NCBI GenBank assembly: GCA_026391215.1
Contig: JAPLDX010000039.1
Span: 1 to 34,002, forward strand
DNA: 34,002 nucleotides
DNA from: Bacteroidia bacterium
GTDB lineage: Bacteria > Bacteroidota > Bacteroidia > Bacteroidales > VadinHA17
Reading direction: 5' to 3'
The notes under the pieces were generated by a model. It was not told the origin of the DNA. It worked only from the letters and a program-made list of their open reading frames with translations, and searched no databases. The position numbers and the translations under genes are program-made. Shown one piece after another: positions 9,993-19,260 of this stretch (position 1 is its first letter; each line of letters opens with the position of its first letter).

Positions 9993-12900
9993 TCATTCCA
10001 CTCTGACCCACTTTATCGCATCCCCCAGTACGACCCTTCCTGCCGACTGATTTGTCAGTTCAACCTTTGCGCTGTCGGATGATATATAATAGCGACCCAT
10101 GTTATTCCATCCTGCTTCTGCATTCTCAAAATCCACGGTTATCTCCTCAACACCTTCATCATGATATATTTTATAATGCATATCCTTATAAAGACTCTCC
10201 TGTCTTGATTCATCGCCCGGAGGAGGAGGTGCATTTCCTCCGCTGGTGACAGTTACACGTTCAGTCATTTTTCCGACGTAACAATAAATATCATAATAAC
10301 CAGCCTTATCAACAGGTGTTATCCATGATACAGGTCTGTCGTCTGTTCCGCCTGCTGTATAGACCGAAGAGAGAATGTACTTGCCATAGTAATACGAATT
10401 TACTACCGGTTGCCAGTAATTCGGGCGATCATATCTTCGTACCTGCTGATAGATATCTCCCCTGGTGTTTTTTATTCTTAGTATCTTTTTTAGAAGGCTC
10501 GGGCTCTGCCTTATTCCAGGATTGAATCCGGGATCTTCATTGTCAACAATGGTTTCGCCGGGATATGAATACCGCGGCATTGACTCCAACAGTTCTTCAC
10601 TGTCTGAATCTCCGTTTTTGTTTTTCGATTTTTTTATTTCATCAACAGGCATATTAATTTCTCCCGGAATGTTCTTTGCACCAAGAGAGTTGATAAGCAT
10701 TTCTCTTGGTTCTGTATCAAGAATTATGCTGATCTTCTTTGCTTCACCCGGCCCCAGCATTACAATTTTTGAAATATCTGTGACATCCATTCCTCTTCCC
10801 TGACTCTGAAAATCATATGCTCCTGCCATGCCCTGCTGGGATGTTAACGATGTCTGACGTGCACTGCCTCCTGCCCCTGCTGTCCTGAATGCTACATTGA
10901 ATATTCCGGCAACGGGTTCAGGATTTGATGCGGTAAAAGTGACCCGATACCTGATCCTGTTGTCCACAACAATTTCATTTACCTGCATATCGGTAAAAAG
11001 AAATCCCGGCTGCTCTTTTGTATTGAACCAGTCATACAGATAAGGATAAAACTCAAATCCGAATTTTGCTTTTATATCATCATTGAATCTCTTTATATCT
11101 ATCCTTATGAATTTATGATCCTCAACATAATTGCGGAAAAAATCATTGAACTCCTGGATACCGGCTTTTGATCTCAGAATATTGAAAATATAATCTCCTT
11201 TAAGTGTCACTATGAGCCTGACAGTATCAATCCCCGGATTCATGGCAAGCAGATCCCTGAAGCTTCCGATCCTGAATATCAGGTTTGTCCTGTCAATATC
11301 AGAGAGTCCGCCTATCCATGATCTGTAATCCCATTCCGGTTGAGTATCAATTTTCTGAAGATGTGATTCAAAGACGGCATTTATCACAGGATAATCTTCT
11401 GAAAAGAAATTGTTCTTATGGAAATAGAAGCTCGGACCGAGCAAATATCGGCCAGGTTCATTTATAACAACGTTATTCCTGAATCTGATATTCTCTCCGT
11501 TAATGAAAGTATTCCTTATGAAATCATTAAATATCCTTACCTGAAGCTCTTTGTCAGTTATAACCTGGTTATTTCTGGCCATTCTTTTCTTGTTGCGATT
11601 GAATCGTTTTTGAAAGCCGGCACCCTGAGTTGTGGATAACTTCTCAGGGAGCAGTACCATTGAGGGCTGCACCTCAGCCCTGGTCTGCGTGCTCATCCTG
11701 GGTAAAGAATAAAACTGAACAGGTACCTCAAGAAGGCTCAGTGTCCTGAAAGGATATTTAGTGGAAAAGTTTACTTCCAAATCTCTCAATATACCTTTGA
11801 CAAGCAATGGCAGGGTATCTTTTATTTCTGCAAGAGCCTTTTTATAATAATCATGTCCGGGAAAGTAGTACGTGATATAATTAATTGTATCATCCTTTAA
11901 TGTATCTGACCTGTAGTCACCTATGGCAAGTGTCAGCCCTGTTAGAGGTGATTCAGGGTCGAAAACAGAATAACCATCCTCTGCCTTCATTATTCCCTGT
12001 GAAACCGGCGTCAGACCATTCATTGGTTTGACACGTAAAGTATAATTAGTAAAATCAACTTTAATTCTGGCCGGATTGGAGGGATAGTAATTAAGTCCCG
12101 GAACCGGATACCAATGTAACTCGGGAATTAACAGGACATACTTCTCCGATAGAAATGCCTGACGCTTGTGTATGTTCAGCATTTGGATCTGATAAGGATT
12201 TTCTTTGATATTATCAGTATAATCAGGATAACTGAATGATTCATTAATAGTACCGGAATACGAAATGATCAGACTGTCCTGTCGTCCGGGAAGAAGAGTT
12301 GTCAGAGCATCAACTTCTATTATGTGGTGAGTTGTTTTAAAGGTGAGATCTTTTCCGCCTGAAGTGATCCCTGTGACATTTAAACCCGGATTTAGTGAGA
12401 ACAGGTATTTGTCGAGACCCTCTTTATTATCATTTGTGAATTTCAGCGCAGCAGTTGCATCAAATGAATTCCCATTGTGTATAAAATCAATTGCAGCATC
12501 AGTCAGGCTTACAACATTCCTGTCTTCAAACTGTTTATTGGTCTCAATGACCAGTTTCTTTTCATCAATATCTTTCTTATATATAGAATAAGTGTTATAA
12601 GCACACACAACTGCTCCTGCCGTGAATATGACCAGGAAGACGTAACTCAGTATTGTATGCAGCCGTGATTGTGGCAACCTTTTGAATAACAATACTGTTA
12701 CAAGGACAAAGACAAGTCCCAGGAAAAAGTAAAGCAAACGCTGGTTTATTATAAAATCAAGATTATCATATCCAATGACACCCGATTTAAAAACTGGAAG
12801 ACCGAATGCCATATAATCGAATATTGACCCGAAACGGAAATAAAGATAGAAGATGTCGAGAGCAGCTATTCCAAGCAGTATAAGAAAAGTTATAGCCTGG

Positions 12901-13421
12901 TTCCTGATGACAGACATCAGCATAAAAGCCAGCCCGAGACTGAAGACAATTGTTGGTACACAGATAATAAGAAGATATGATAGATATGATAAAAGGTCGA
13001 TCGTCATCATTTTTGAAATGATATTCATCAGCAGGCCTATTAACAGGATTATGATATCCAGTCCAAGGAAAAGCCTTAGAATGCCCCATGTCTTCCCCAT
13101 TATATATTCGAAGTTGGACATGGACCTTGTGTAAAGAACTTCATTTGTATCGACCTTCTTATCTCTCTTCAGAAAATCAGAAGCAAGGAATATCACTACT
13201 ATTGCCTGGGCAATATTGAGCAGGTAAAGATTAAGTAGCGGTACTGATGAAGGAATTGAGACAAGACCCCACGTCTCATCTCCGATCGGAGAGAAAACCC
13301 CGATATTCAGGAATGTAAAGATCAATAGGGCACCTATTGAAAAGAGCCTGAAAAACCAGCTTCTCCTCAGGATTGTGGCTTCATACCTGGCAACTGTTCT
13401 TATGTTAAGAAGGGGTGTCAT
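9993..13421 (-). CDS. ABC-2 type permease fused to M1-aminopeptidase-like ectodomain (no HExxH) and C-terminal golvesin/Xly-like domain
   Basis: About 7 hydrophobic segments in the first ~280 aa with ABC-2-like motif DTNEVLYTRSMSNFEYIMGK; M1-like segments ELHWYP, KYPFRTLSLLEVP, LKGDYIFNILRSKAG..F..FFRNY; C-terminal IVDNEDPGF...GYYDIY...GWNNMGRY...VLGDAIKWVR. ATG 13421 preferred over TTG 13445. Confidence 0.85.
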   Translation of the reverse strand: MTPLLNIRTVARYEATILRRSWFFRLFSIGALLIFTFLNIGVFSPIGDETWGLVSIPSSVPLLNLYLLNIAQAIVVIFLASDFLKRDKKVDTNEVLYTRSMSNFEYIMGKTWGILRLFLGLDIIILLIGLLMNIISKMMTIDLLSYLSYLLIICVPTIVFSLGLAFMLMSVIRNQAITFLILLGIAALDIFYLYFRFGSIFDYMAFGLPVFKSGVIGYDNLDFIINQRLLYFFLGLVFVLVTVLLFKRLPQSRLHTILSYVFLVIFTAGAVVCAYNTYSIYKKDIDEKKLVIETNKQFEDRNVVSLTDAAIDFIHNGNSFDATAALKFTNDNKEGLDKYLFSLNPGLNVTGITSGGKDLTFKTTHHIIEVDALTTLLPGRQDSLIISYSGTINESFSYPDYTDNIKENPYQIQMLNIHKRQAFLSEKYVLLIPELHWYPVPGLNYYPSNPARIKVDFTNYTLRVKPMNGLTPVSQGIMKAEDGYSVFDPESPLTGLTLAIGDYRSDTLKDDTINYITYYFPGHDYYKKALAEIKDTLPLLVKGILRDLEVNFSTKYPFRTLSLLEVPVQFYSLPRMSTQTRAEVQPSMVLLPEKLSTTQGAGFQKRFNRNKKRMARNNQVITDKELQVRIFNDFIRNTFINGENIRFRNNVVINEPGRYLLGPSFYFHKNNFFSEDYPVINAVFESHLQKIDTQPEWDYRSWIGGLSDIDRTNLIFRIGSFRDLLAMNPGIDTVRLIVTLKGDYIFNILRSKAGIQEFNDFFRNYVEDHKFIRIDIKRFNDDIKAKFGFEFYPYLYDWFNTKEQPGFLFTDMQVNEIVVDNRIRYRVTFTASNPEPVAGIFNVAFRTAGAGGSARQTSLTSQQGMAGAYDFQSQGRGMDVTDISKIVMLGPGEAKKISIILDTEPREMLINSLGAKNIPGEINMPVDEIKKSKNKNGDSDSEELLESMPRYSYPGETIVDNEDPGFNPGIRQSPSLLKKILRIKNTRGDIYQQVRRYDRPNYWQPVVNSYYYGKYILSSVYTAGGTDDRPVSWITPVDKAGYYDIYCYVGKMTERVTVTSGGNAPPPPGDESRQESLYKDMHYKIYHDEGVEEITVDFENAEAGWNNMGRYYISSDSAKVELTNQSAGRVVLGDAIKWVRVE

Positions 13422-13437
13422 AATTTCCCTGGCTATC

Positions 13438-14331
13438 CTATTCAATTAAATCAGCATGCATTTTATGTTCCATATAATATACATAAGCATCTTCTATATT
13501 CGGTATTATTTCAGTTGATTCAAATTCCGGAATGTTATCTGCAACAATCTGCACCTCCCATCCGGATTCTACAGGGATCGTGGAGATCACATCATATCGT
13601 TCCTTGACCGTCTCATAATCGCGGGGCGAAAGATTTAGCTTAAATACATGTCCTTCAGCTTGTTTGACGAGGCTTTCAGGAGATCCAGTAAACACAAGCT
13701 CTCCCTTATTCAGCAATGCCATTCCCTGGCAGGTAGAGGAAATGTCCCCGACAATATGTGTCGAAAGGATTATAGTAACATCATGCTGGCTGAGCTCTGA
13801 GAGGATATTCCTGAACCTTATCCTTTCATCAGGATCAAGTCCGGTTGTAGGTTCATCGACAATAATAATCCGCGGATTCCCGATAAGCGCCTGTGCAATT
13901 CCAAGCCTTCGCTTCATCCCTCCTGACAGCTTGTTGGCCTGACGGTCACGCACCTCCAGAAGCCCTACCTGGTCAAGAAGTCTGTCAACTTCTGCAAATC
14001 TCTCTTTTTTATTTTTCAAACCTGCCAATGATCCTGAATAATCAAGGAATTCCCAAGTCCTCAGTGAAGAGAAAAACCTGAAATCCTGCGGAAGATAGCC
14101 GAGCATGCCTCTGATTTCCTTCCTGTGTTTCTGGATATCTTTCCCATCAACAAGCACAACACCCGAAGTAGGTTTCATCAGTGTCACCATTATTCTCATA
14201 AGGCTTGATTTGCCAGCTCCGTTGGGTCCGAGAAGTCCGAACATGCCGGTTCCGAATTCAAGGTTTACATCCTTTAATGCCTGATTGCCATTTGGATATA
14301 TTTTATTCAGCCCCTGAATTTCAATTTTCAT
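13438..14331 (-). CDS. ABC transporter ATP-binding protein (ABC-2/DrrA-like)
   Basis: Walker A GPNGAGKS, Q-loop GYLPQ, signature LSGGM, Walker B IIIVDEP, H-loop LSTH. Confidence 0.97.
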   Translation of the reverse strand: MKIEIQGLNKIYPNGNQALKDVNLEFGTGMFGLLGPNGAGKSSLMRIMVTLMKPTSGVVLVDGKDIQKHRKEIRGMLGYLPQDFRFFSSLRTWEFLDYSGSLAGLKNKKERFAEVDRLLDQVGLLEVRDRQANKLSGGMKRRLGIAQALIGNPRIIIVDEPTTGLDPDERIRFRNILSELSQHDVTIILSTHIVGDISSTCQGMALLNKGELVFTGSPESLVKQAEGHVFKLNLSPRDYETVKERYDVISTIPVESGWEVQIVADNIPEFESTEIIPNIEDAYVYYMEHKMHADLIE

Positions 14332-14380
14332 GTTACCGGAGAGGTATTTAGGTAGTTTGTTGTGGGTTATTACGCAATAA

Positions 14381-14405
14381 AGACGTCATTTATTTTAAAT
14401 GTTGC
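14381..14405 (-). promoter_or_regulatory. Possible ECF-sigma-type promoter of the RND/ABC operon
   Basis: Minus strand reads GCAAC-N15-CGTCT, ~50 nt upstream of ATG 14331; resembles AAC...CGT ECF promoters but the spacer is about 1 nt short. Confidence 0.3.
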
Positions 14406-14430
14406 TTAAAAGTTACAACTATTTATTAAA

Positions 14431-14537
14431 AGTTCCTTTGTGACCCTTCGTGAATACCTTCGTGATCCTTTGTGGTTAGATATTTTTTACTACAAAGGGA
14501 CACTAAGTGCACACAAAGTAACACAAAGGGAAGAACT
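14431..14537. repeat. Mirror array of heptamer boxes forming a long imperfect inverted repeat
   Basis: Four CTTYGTG boxes at 14436, 14446, 14458, 14468 and four inverted YACWAAG boxes at 14491, 14501, 14512, 14522; ends AGTTC/GAACT. Confidence 0.8.
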
Positions 14538-14564
14538 GATAGGACCTTGTTATAAACAAATTCA

Positions 14565-14572
14565 TACTTTTG
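14565..14572 (+). promoter_or_regulatory. Bacteroidota sigma-A -7 box
   Basis: TACTTTTG matches TAnnTTTG, ~20 nt upstream of the GTG start of the HD-lpx operon. Confidence 0.6.
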
Positions 14573-14591
14573 TAAGTTAAATATCCTTAAA

Positions 14592-15845
14592 GTGACATTT
14601 AAAACAAACAAAAGAAAGATAATCAATGATCCTGTATATGGATTCATAAATATTCCTGGTGATTTTATTTTTGACCTTGTTGAGCATCCATGGTTCCAGA
14701 GGCTGAGGAACATCAGGCAGCTCGGGCTTACAAGCTTTGTTTATCCCGGAGCCAACCACAGCAGGTTTCAGCATTGCCTGGGGGCATTGCACCTTATGGA
14801 TCTTGCACTCGGGACACTTAAAGGAAAGGGTGTCAGCATTTCGCAGCAGGAGGAAGAGGCCGCACAGATTGCTATTCTTCTGCATGACTCCGGTCATGGC
14901 CCGTTCTCCCATGCTCTTGAGACTTCAATAATCAATGGCATTTCCCATGAAGACATTTCCCTCCTGATGATGAGGAAGCTGAATGAACAGTATCAGGGGA
15001 AACTCAGCCTGGCAATAGAAATTTTCAAAGGGACTTATCACAGAAAATTTCTGCATGAGCTTATTGCAGGACAGATAGATATGGACAGGCTCGACTACCT
15101 GCGCAGGGACAGTTTCTTTACAGGAGTCATCGAAGGTTCAGTGGGATCGGACAGGATAATCCGTATGCTTAATGTTGTCGATGACAGCCTTGTAGTAGAT
15201 GAAAAAGGAATTTATTCACTCGAAAAATTCCTGATAGCCCGAAGGCTTATGTATTGGCAGGTTTATATGCATAAGACAGTGCTTTCTTCGGAAAACCTGC
15301 TTGTGAGAATTCTCAAGCGGGCAAAGGAGCTTGCGCTTGAGAGCGTCGACCTATATGCTACTCCGGCCCTACGGTTCTTCCTGTATAATAAAATAGGCCC
15401 TGATGATCTTCTGAGGGATGGAAATTTCACGCCAGGCCTGGTGGCTTCAACATTTACCAGGCTTGATGATTCAGATATCCTTGTCTCGGCAAAATACTGG
15501 GCTGATCATTCCGATAAGATCCTTTCCGATCTTTCAGCGAGGCTTATGAAAAGAGACCTCCTGGCAATAGAACTGCAGAATGAACCGTTCCCTAAAGAAA
15601 GGGTGAATAAACTGAAAGCCATGACTGCAGAAATGAAAGGTATAAGTACAGAAATGGCGGATTATTATGTTTTCACAAACAGCATATCGAACCTTGCATA
15701 TACGCCTGATGCACCGGAAGTCAGAATATTGCTAAAATCGGGCAAGACAGAGGGCATCTCAACAGTTTCGGATATGTTCGATCACAGATTTAATTCAGAG
15801 AGAATGATTAAATATTTTCTTTGCTATCCAAAAGAATGCAGATAA
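14592..15845 (+). CDS. HD-domain phosphohydrolase (dNTP triphosphohydrolase-like)
   Basis: INDPVYG, FQRLRNIRQLG, HSRFQHCLG, LLHDSGHGPFSH, DMDRLDYL; usual position upstream of lpxD in Bacteroidota. Confidence 0.93.
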   Translation: MTFKTNKRKIINDPVYGFINIPGDFIFDLVEHPWFQRLRNIRQLGLTSFVYPGANHSRFQHCLGALHLMDLALGTLKGKGVSISQQEEEAAQIAILLHDSGHGPFSHALETSIINGISHEDISLLMMRKLNEQYQGKLSLAIEIFKGTYHRKFLHELIAGQIDMDRLDYLRRDSFFTGVIEGSVGSDRIIRMLNVVDDSLVVDEKGIYSLEKFLIARRLMYWQVYMHKTVLSSENLLVRILKRAKELALESVDLYATPALRFFLYNKIGPDDLLRDGNFTPGLVASTFTRLDDSDILVSAKYWADHSDKILSDLSARLMKRDLLAIELQNEPFPKERVNKLKAMTAEMKGISTEMADYYVFTNSISNLAYTPDAPEVRILLKSGKTEGISTVSDMFDHRFNSERMIKYFLCYPKECR

Positions 15846-15860
15846 CTAATTATAAGAATC

Positions 15861-16898
15861 ATGGAATTTACAGCAGCAACAATAGCCGGATTTCTGAAAG
15901 GAGAAATAGTAGGAGATCCTGATACCGTTGTCAATACAATAGCGAAAATTGAAGAAGGTCATGAAGGGGCTCTTTCATTTCTTGCAAATCCGAAATACGA
16001 GCATTACTTATATACCACCGGATCATCTGTTGTGCTGGTAAACAAAAGCCTGGTGCCGTCTGAAAAAGTCAGAGCCACTATGATCAGGGTTGATAATGCC
16101 TATGAATCGTTTGCATCTCTGCTTCAGCTTGTTGATCAGGCAAGGCCAAGAAAAAAAGGCATACATCCCACAGCGGTCATAGAGCCAACAGCCACTATTG
16201 GATCAGATATCTATATAGGAGCGTTTGCATATATCGGCGATAATTCTGTGGTGGGAGACAATTGCTCAGTATATCCCCATGTTTATTTAGGTGACAGAAC
16301 CAGGATAGGCAAAGACAGCATTCTTTATTCAGGTGTCAAAATTTACCATGAATGTATTGTTGGCGAGGGATGCATAATCCATGCAGGATCAGTTATCGGA
16401 AGCGACGGTTTCGGATTCGCACCCCAGTCTGAAACGGAATACATGAAAATACCGCAGATTGGCAATGTTGTTATTAAAGATCATGTGGAGATCGGTGCAA
16501 ATGTAACAATTGACCGTTCCACAATGGGGTCCACAGTGATCCATAAAGGAGTTAAGCTTGATAATCTCATCCAGGTAGCCCATAATGTGGAAATAGGCGA
16601 AAACACTGTTATAGCAGCACAAACAGGAATTGCAGGTTCAGCAAAAGTAGGCAGGAACTGTATGATAGGAGGACAGGTAGGTATCGCCGGACATATTAAA
16701 GTTGCTGACGGAACAAAAGTAGGAGCACAGACTGGTATTCACAGTAATGTAAGAACTGAAAACACTATATTACTAGGCTACCCCGCTATCGAACATAAGA
16801 ATTTCTTCAGATCAGCAATGATTTTCAAAGATTTACCAGAACTATCAGCCAGACTAAATGCTTTGGAAAAAGAGGTTAAATCACTTAAAGAAAAGTAA
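15861..16898 (+). CDS. lpxD: UDP-3-O-(3-hydroxyacyl)glucosamine N-acyltransferase
   Basis: LSFLANPKY, hexapeptide repeats, [26 protein letters not shown]. Confidence 0.98.
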   Translation: MEFTAATIAGFLKGEIVGDPDTVVNTIAKIEEGHEGALSFLANPKYEHYLYTTGSSVVLVNKSLVPSEKVRATMIRVDNAYESFASLLQLVDQARPRKKGIHPTAVIEPTATIGSDIYIGAFAYIGDNSVVGDNCSVYPHVYLGDRTRIGKDSILYSGVKIYHECIVGEGCIIHAGSVIGSDGFGFAPQSETEYMKIPQIGNVVIKDHVEIGANVTIDRSTMGSTVIHKGVKLDNLIQVAHNVEIGENTVIAAQTGIAGSAKVGRNCMIGGQVGIAGHIKVADGTKVGAQTGIHSNVRTENTILLGYPAIEHKNFFRSAMIFKDLPELSARLNALEKEVKSLKEK

Positions 16899-17017
16899 AA
16901 AATTGTCCTGGTCTGTTTTAAATTAACTGGTATTTATGCAGTTATAAGCAGTTTTTTTAGATTGTTCTGTTTTTTTTTATTTTTTTTGTACCCGAAATCA
17001 CAATCAATACAATACTG

Positions 17018-18412
17018 ATGAGTGAAAAGCAAAGAACACTGGCGAAGGAAATCAGTCTTAACGGCAAGGGATTGCATTCTGGTATCAATGTGACAATTAC
17101 ATTCAAGCCGGCACCGGCAAATCACGGATATAAATTTTGCAGGATTGATCTTCCGGGGAAACCGATAATTGAAGCTCTTGCTGACAATGTTTCAGATACT
17201 TCAAGGGGAACTACACTGGTTCAGAATAATGCTTCGGTTGCCACAGTTGAACATGCTCTTGCTGCATTGCACGGTATGCAGATTGATAATGCGCTGATTG
17301 AGCTTGACGGACCGGAGGCGCCTATTATGGGTGGATCCTCATGGAAAATTGTTGAGGCTCTCAAGGAAGCTGGTTTTGTTGACCTTAAGGAGGACAGGAA
17401 TTATTTCGTAGTAAAACAAAAGCTGACATATTCTGATGAAGAACACGGCGTCGACCTCATCATTTATCCAGACGACCATCTGAGCATCAATGTGCTGATA
17501 GATTATAACTCAAAAATTCTTGGCAACCAGTATGCCATACTTGATTCAATTAAGGACTTTGAGGAAAAAATATGTAAGAGCCGCACATTTGTTTTTTTTC
17601 ATGAGCTGGAGCCTCTTCATAAACTGGGACTGATTAAGGGAGGAGATCTTGATAATGCAGTTGTTATTCTCGAAAAGGAAGTTGAGCAATCTGAGATTGA
17701 CCGTATTGCAAAGCTCTTTAACAGGCCGGGAATAAGCAAGCATACAGCCGGGATACTTAATAATACAGAGCTCCGGTACCCCAATGAGCCGGCAAGGCAC
17801 AAGCTTCTTGACATCATGGGCGACCTGGCGCTGGTCGGACATCCTATTAAAGGGAAGGTTGTTGCAACACGCCCCGGTCATTATGCCAATACAAGGCTTG
17901 CAAAGATCATGAGACAGGAGATGAAAAAATCTCTTTCACAAAGGAATATCCCTGTATATGATCCATCACAGCCGCCGGTTTATGGTCTTGAAGATATTAA
18001 AAGGCGTCTTCCGCACAGAGCTCCATTTCTCTTTGTCGATAAAGTAATAGCACTGGACGAAAACGCTATTGTGGGAATTAAGAACGTGACTTTCAACGAA
18101 CCGTTCTTCCAGGGACATTTTCCGGATGAACCTGTTATGCCTGGAGTTCTGCTTGTAGAAGCCCTGGCACAAACAGGAGGCATCCTGGTACTCCATAATA
18201 TTGATGAGCCTGAAAAATATTCAACATATTTTCTCAAGATTGATAAGCTGAAATTCAAGCATAAAGTAGTTCCGGGTGATACAGTGATCCTTAAGATGGA
18301 ACTTATGGAACCAATGCGCCGCGGAATAGTAACCATGTTTGGCCAGGCATTTGTAGGAAATAACCTGGTTGTTGAAGGCGAGATGACAGCACAGGTAGTT
18401 AAAAACAAATAA
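17018..18412 (+). CDS. lpxC: Bifunctional UDP-3-O-acyl-GlcNAc deacetylase / 3-hydroxyacyl-ACP dehydratase (LpxC-FabZ)
   Basis: QRTLA..GKGLHSG, TVEH, RHKLLDIMGDL (LpxC); LPHRAPFLFVD, FFQGHFPDEPVMPGVLLVEALAQ (FabZ). Confidence 0.98.
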   Translation: MSEKQRTLAKEISLNGKGLHSGINVTITFKPAPANHGYKFCRIDLPGKPIIEALADNVSDTSRGTTLVQNNASVATVEHALAALHGMQIDNALIELDGPEAPIMGGSSWKIVEALKEAGFVDLKEDRNYFVVKQKLTYSDEEHGVDLIIYPDDHLSINVLIDYNSKILGNQYAILDSIKDFEEKICKSRTFVFFHELEPLHKLGLIKGGDLDNAVVILEKEVEQSEIDRIAKLFNRPGISKHTAGILNNTELRYPNEPARHKLLDIMGDLALVGHPIKGKVVATRPGHYANTRLAKIMRQEMKKSLSQRNIPVYDPSQPPVYGLEDIKRRLPHRAPFLFVDKVIALDENAIVGIKNVTFNEPFFQGHFPDEPVMPGVLLVEALAQTGGILVLHNIDEPEKYSTYFLKIDKLKFKHKVVPGDTVILKMELMEPMRRGIVTMFGQAFVGNNLVVEGEMTAQVVKNK

Positions 18413-18419
18413 TTCCGCG

Positions 18420-19196
18420 ATGATATCAAAATCAGCTTATGTTCATCCCGATGCCAGGATAGGCGAAAACGTGACCATTGAACCATTTGCTTATATTGCC
18501 GGCAATGTTGTTGTAGGCGACGGAACATGGATTGGTCCGAATGCAGTGATAATGGACGGGGCAAGGATAGGCAAAAACTGCAGGATATTCCCGACAGCTG
18601 TTGTATCAGCCATACCCCAGGATCTTAAATTCAGGGGAGAAGATACCACGGCAGAGATCGGCGACAAGACAACTATACGGGAAGCGGCCACAGTAAATCG
18701 GGGTACTGCAGCTGCAGGCAAAACAATAGTCGGAGAGAACTGCCTCCTGATGGCTTATTCTCACATTGGTCATGACTGCATAGTGGGTAATAACTGTATC
18801 CTTAGCAACGGAGCAGGACTGGCTGGTGAAGTAAAAGTGCATGACTGGGCAATTCTGAGTGCAGGAGCACTGGTGCATCAGTTTACACATATCGGAGGAC
18901 ATGTTATGATCGGTGGCGGCACTAAAGTCAGGACCGATGTACCTCCCTTCATTAAAGCCGACAGAGACCCGCTATCCTTTATGGGGATCAATTCTGTAGG
19001 GCTTACAAGACGCGGATTTGAAAAAGAGAGGATCGATGAAATACACAATATTTACAGGATCATCTACCAGAAAGGAATGAATGTATCGCAGGCGTTGGAA
19101 TATATTGAAAAAGAATTCAAGCCGTCAACTGACCGGGATTATATAATTGAATTCATCAGAAGTTCCGAACGTGGCATTATCCGGGGGCCCAGATAA
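18420..19196 (+). CDS. lpxA: Acyl-ACP--UDP-N-acetylglucosamine O-acyltransferase
   Basis: PQDLKF, IRE..TVNRGT, MAYSHIGHDC, VHQF, GINSVGLTRRGF, RGII. Confidence 0.98.
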   Translation: MISKSAYVHPDARIGENVTIEPFAYIAGNVVVGDGTWIGPNAVIMDGARIGKNCRIFPTAVVSAIPQDLKFRGEDTTAEIGDKTTIREAATVNRGTAAAGKTIVGENCLLMAYSHIGHDCIVGNNCILSNGAGLAGEVKVHDWAILSAGALVHQFTHIGGHVMIGGGTKVRTDVPPFIKADRDPLSFMGINSVGLTRRGFEKERIDEIHNIYRIIYQKGMNVSQALEYIEKEFKPSTDRDYIIEFIRSSERGIIRGPR

Positions 19197-19260
19197 TAAT
19201 TTCCCCGCCGTGTCACTCTATCTTTACTCAATGAAACTCTGTGGTTTATTTTTTTAGGGA

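Noticed and set aside
4242-14081. Short plus-strand and nested ORFs within the transport operon
   Set aside because: Fully overlap confident minus-strand genes and carry no recognisable motifs.
14431-14537. Possible mini-CRISPR
   Set aside because: Units are 7 nt with 3-5 nt spacers in inverted arrangement; no cas genes.
14426-14713. 95-aa minus ORF ending TTKDHEGIHEGSQRNF
   Set aside because: Overlaps the HD gene antisense; the tail is just the translated mirror repeat.
16960-16990. Poly-T tracts before lpxC as terminator or phase-variable promoter
   Set aside because: No convincing stem and no exact TAnnTTTG; ordinary AT-rich spacer.
17018-18412. LpxC-FabZ fusion as a novelty
   Set aside because: Standard in Bacteroidota.
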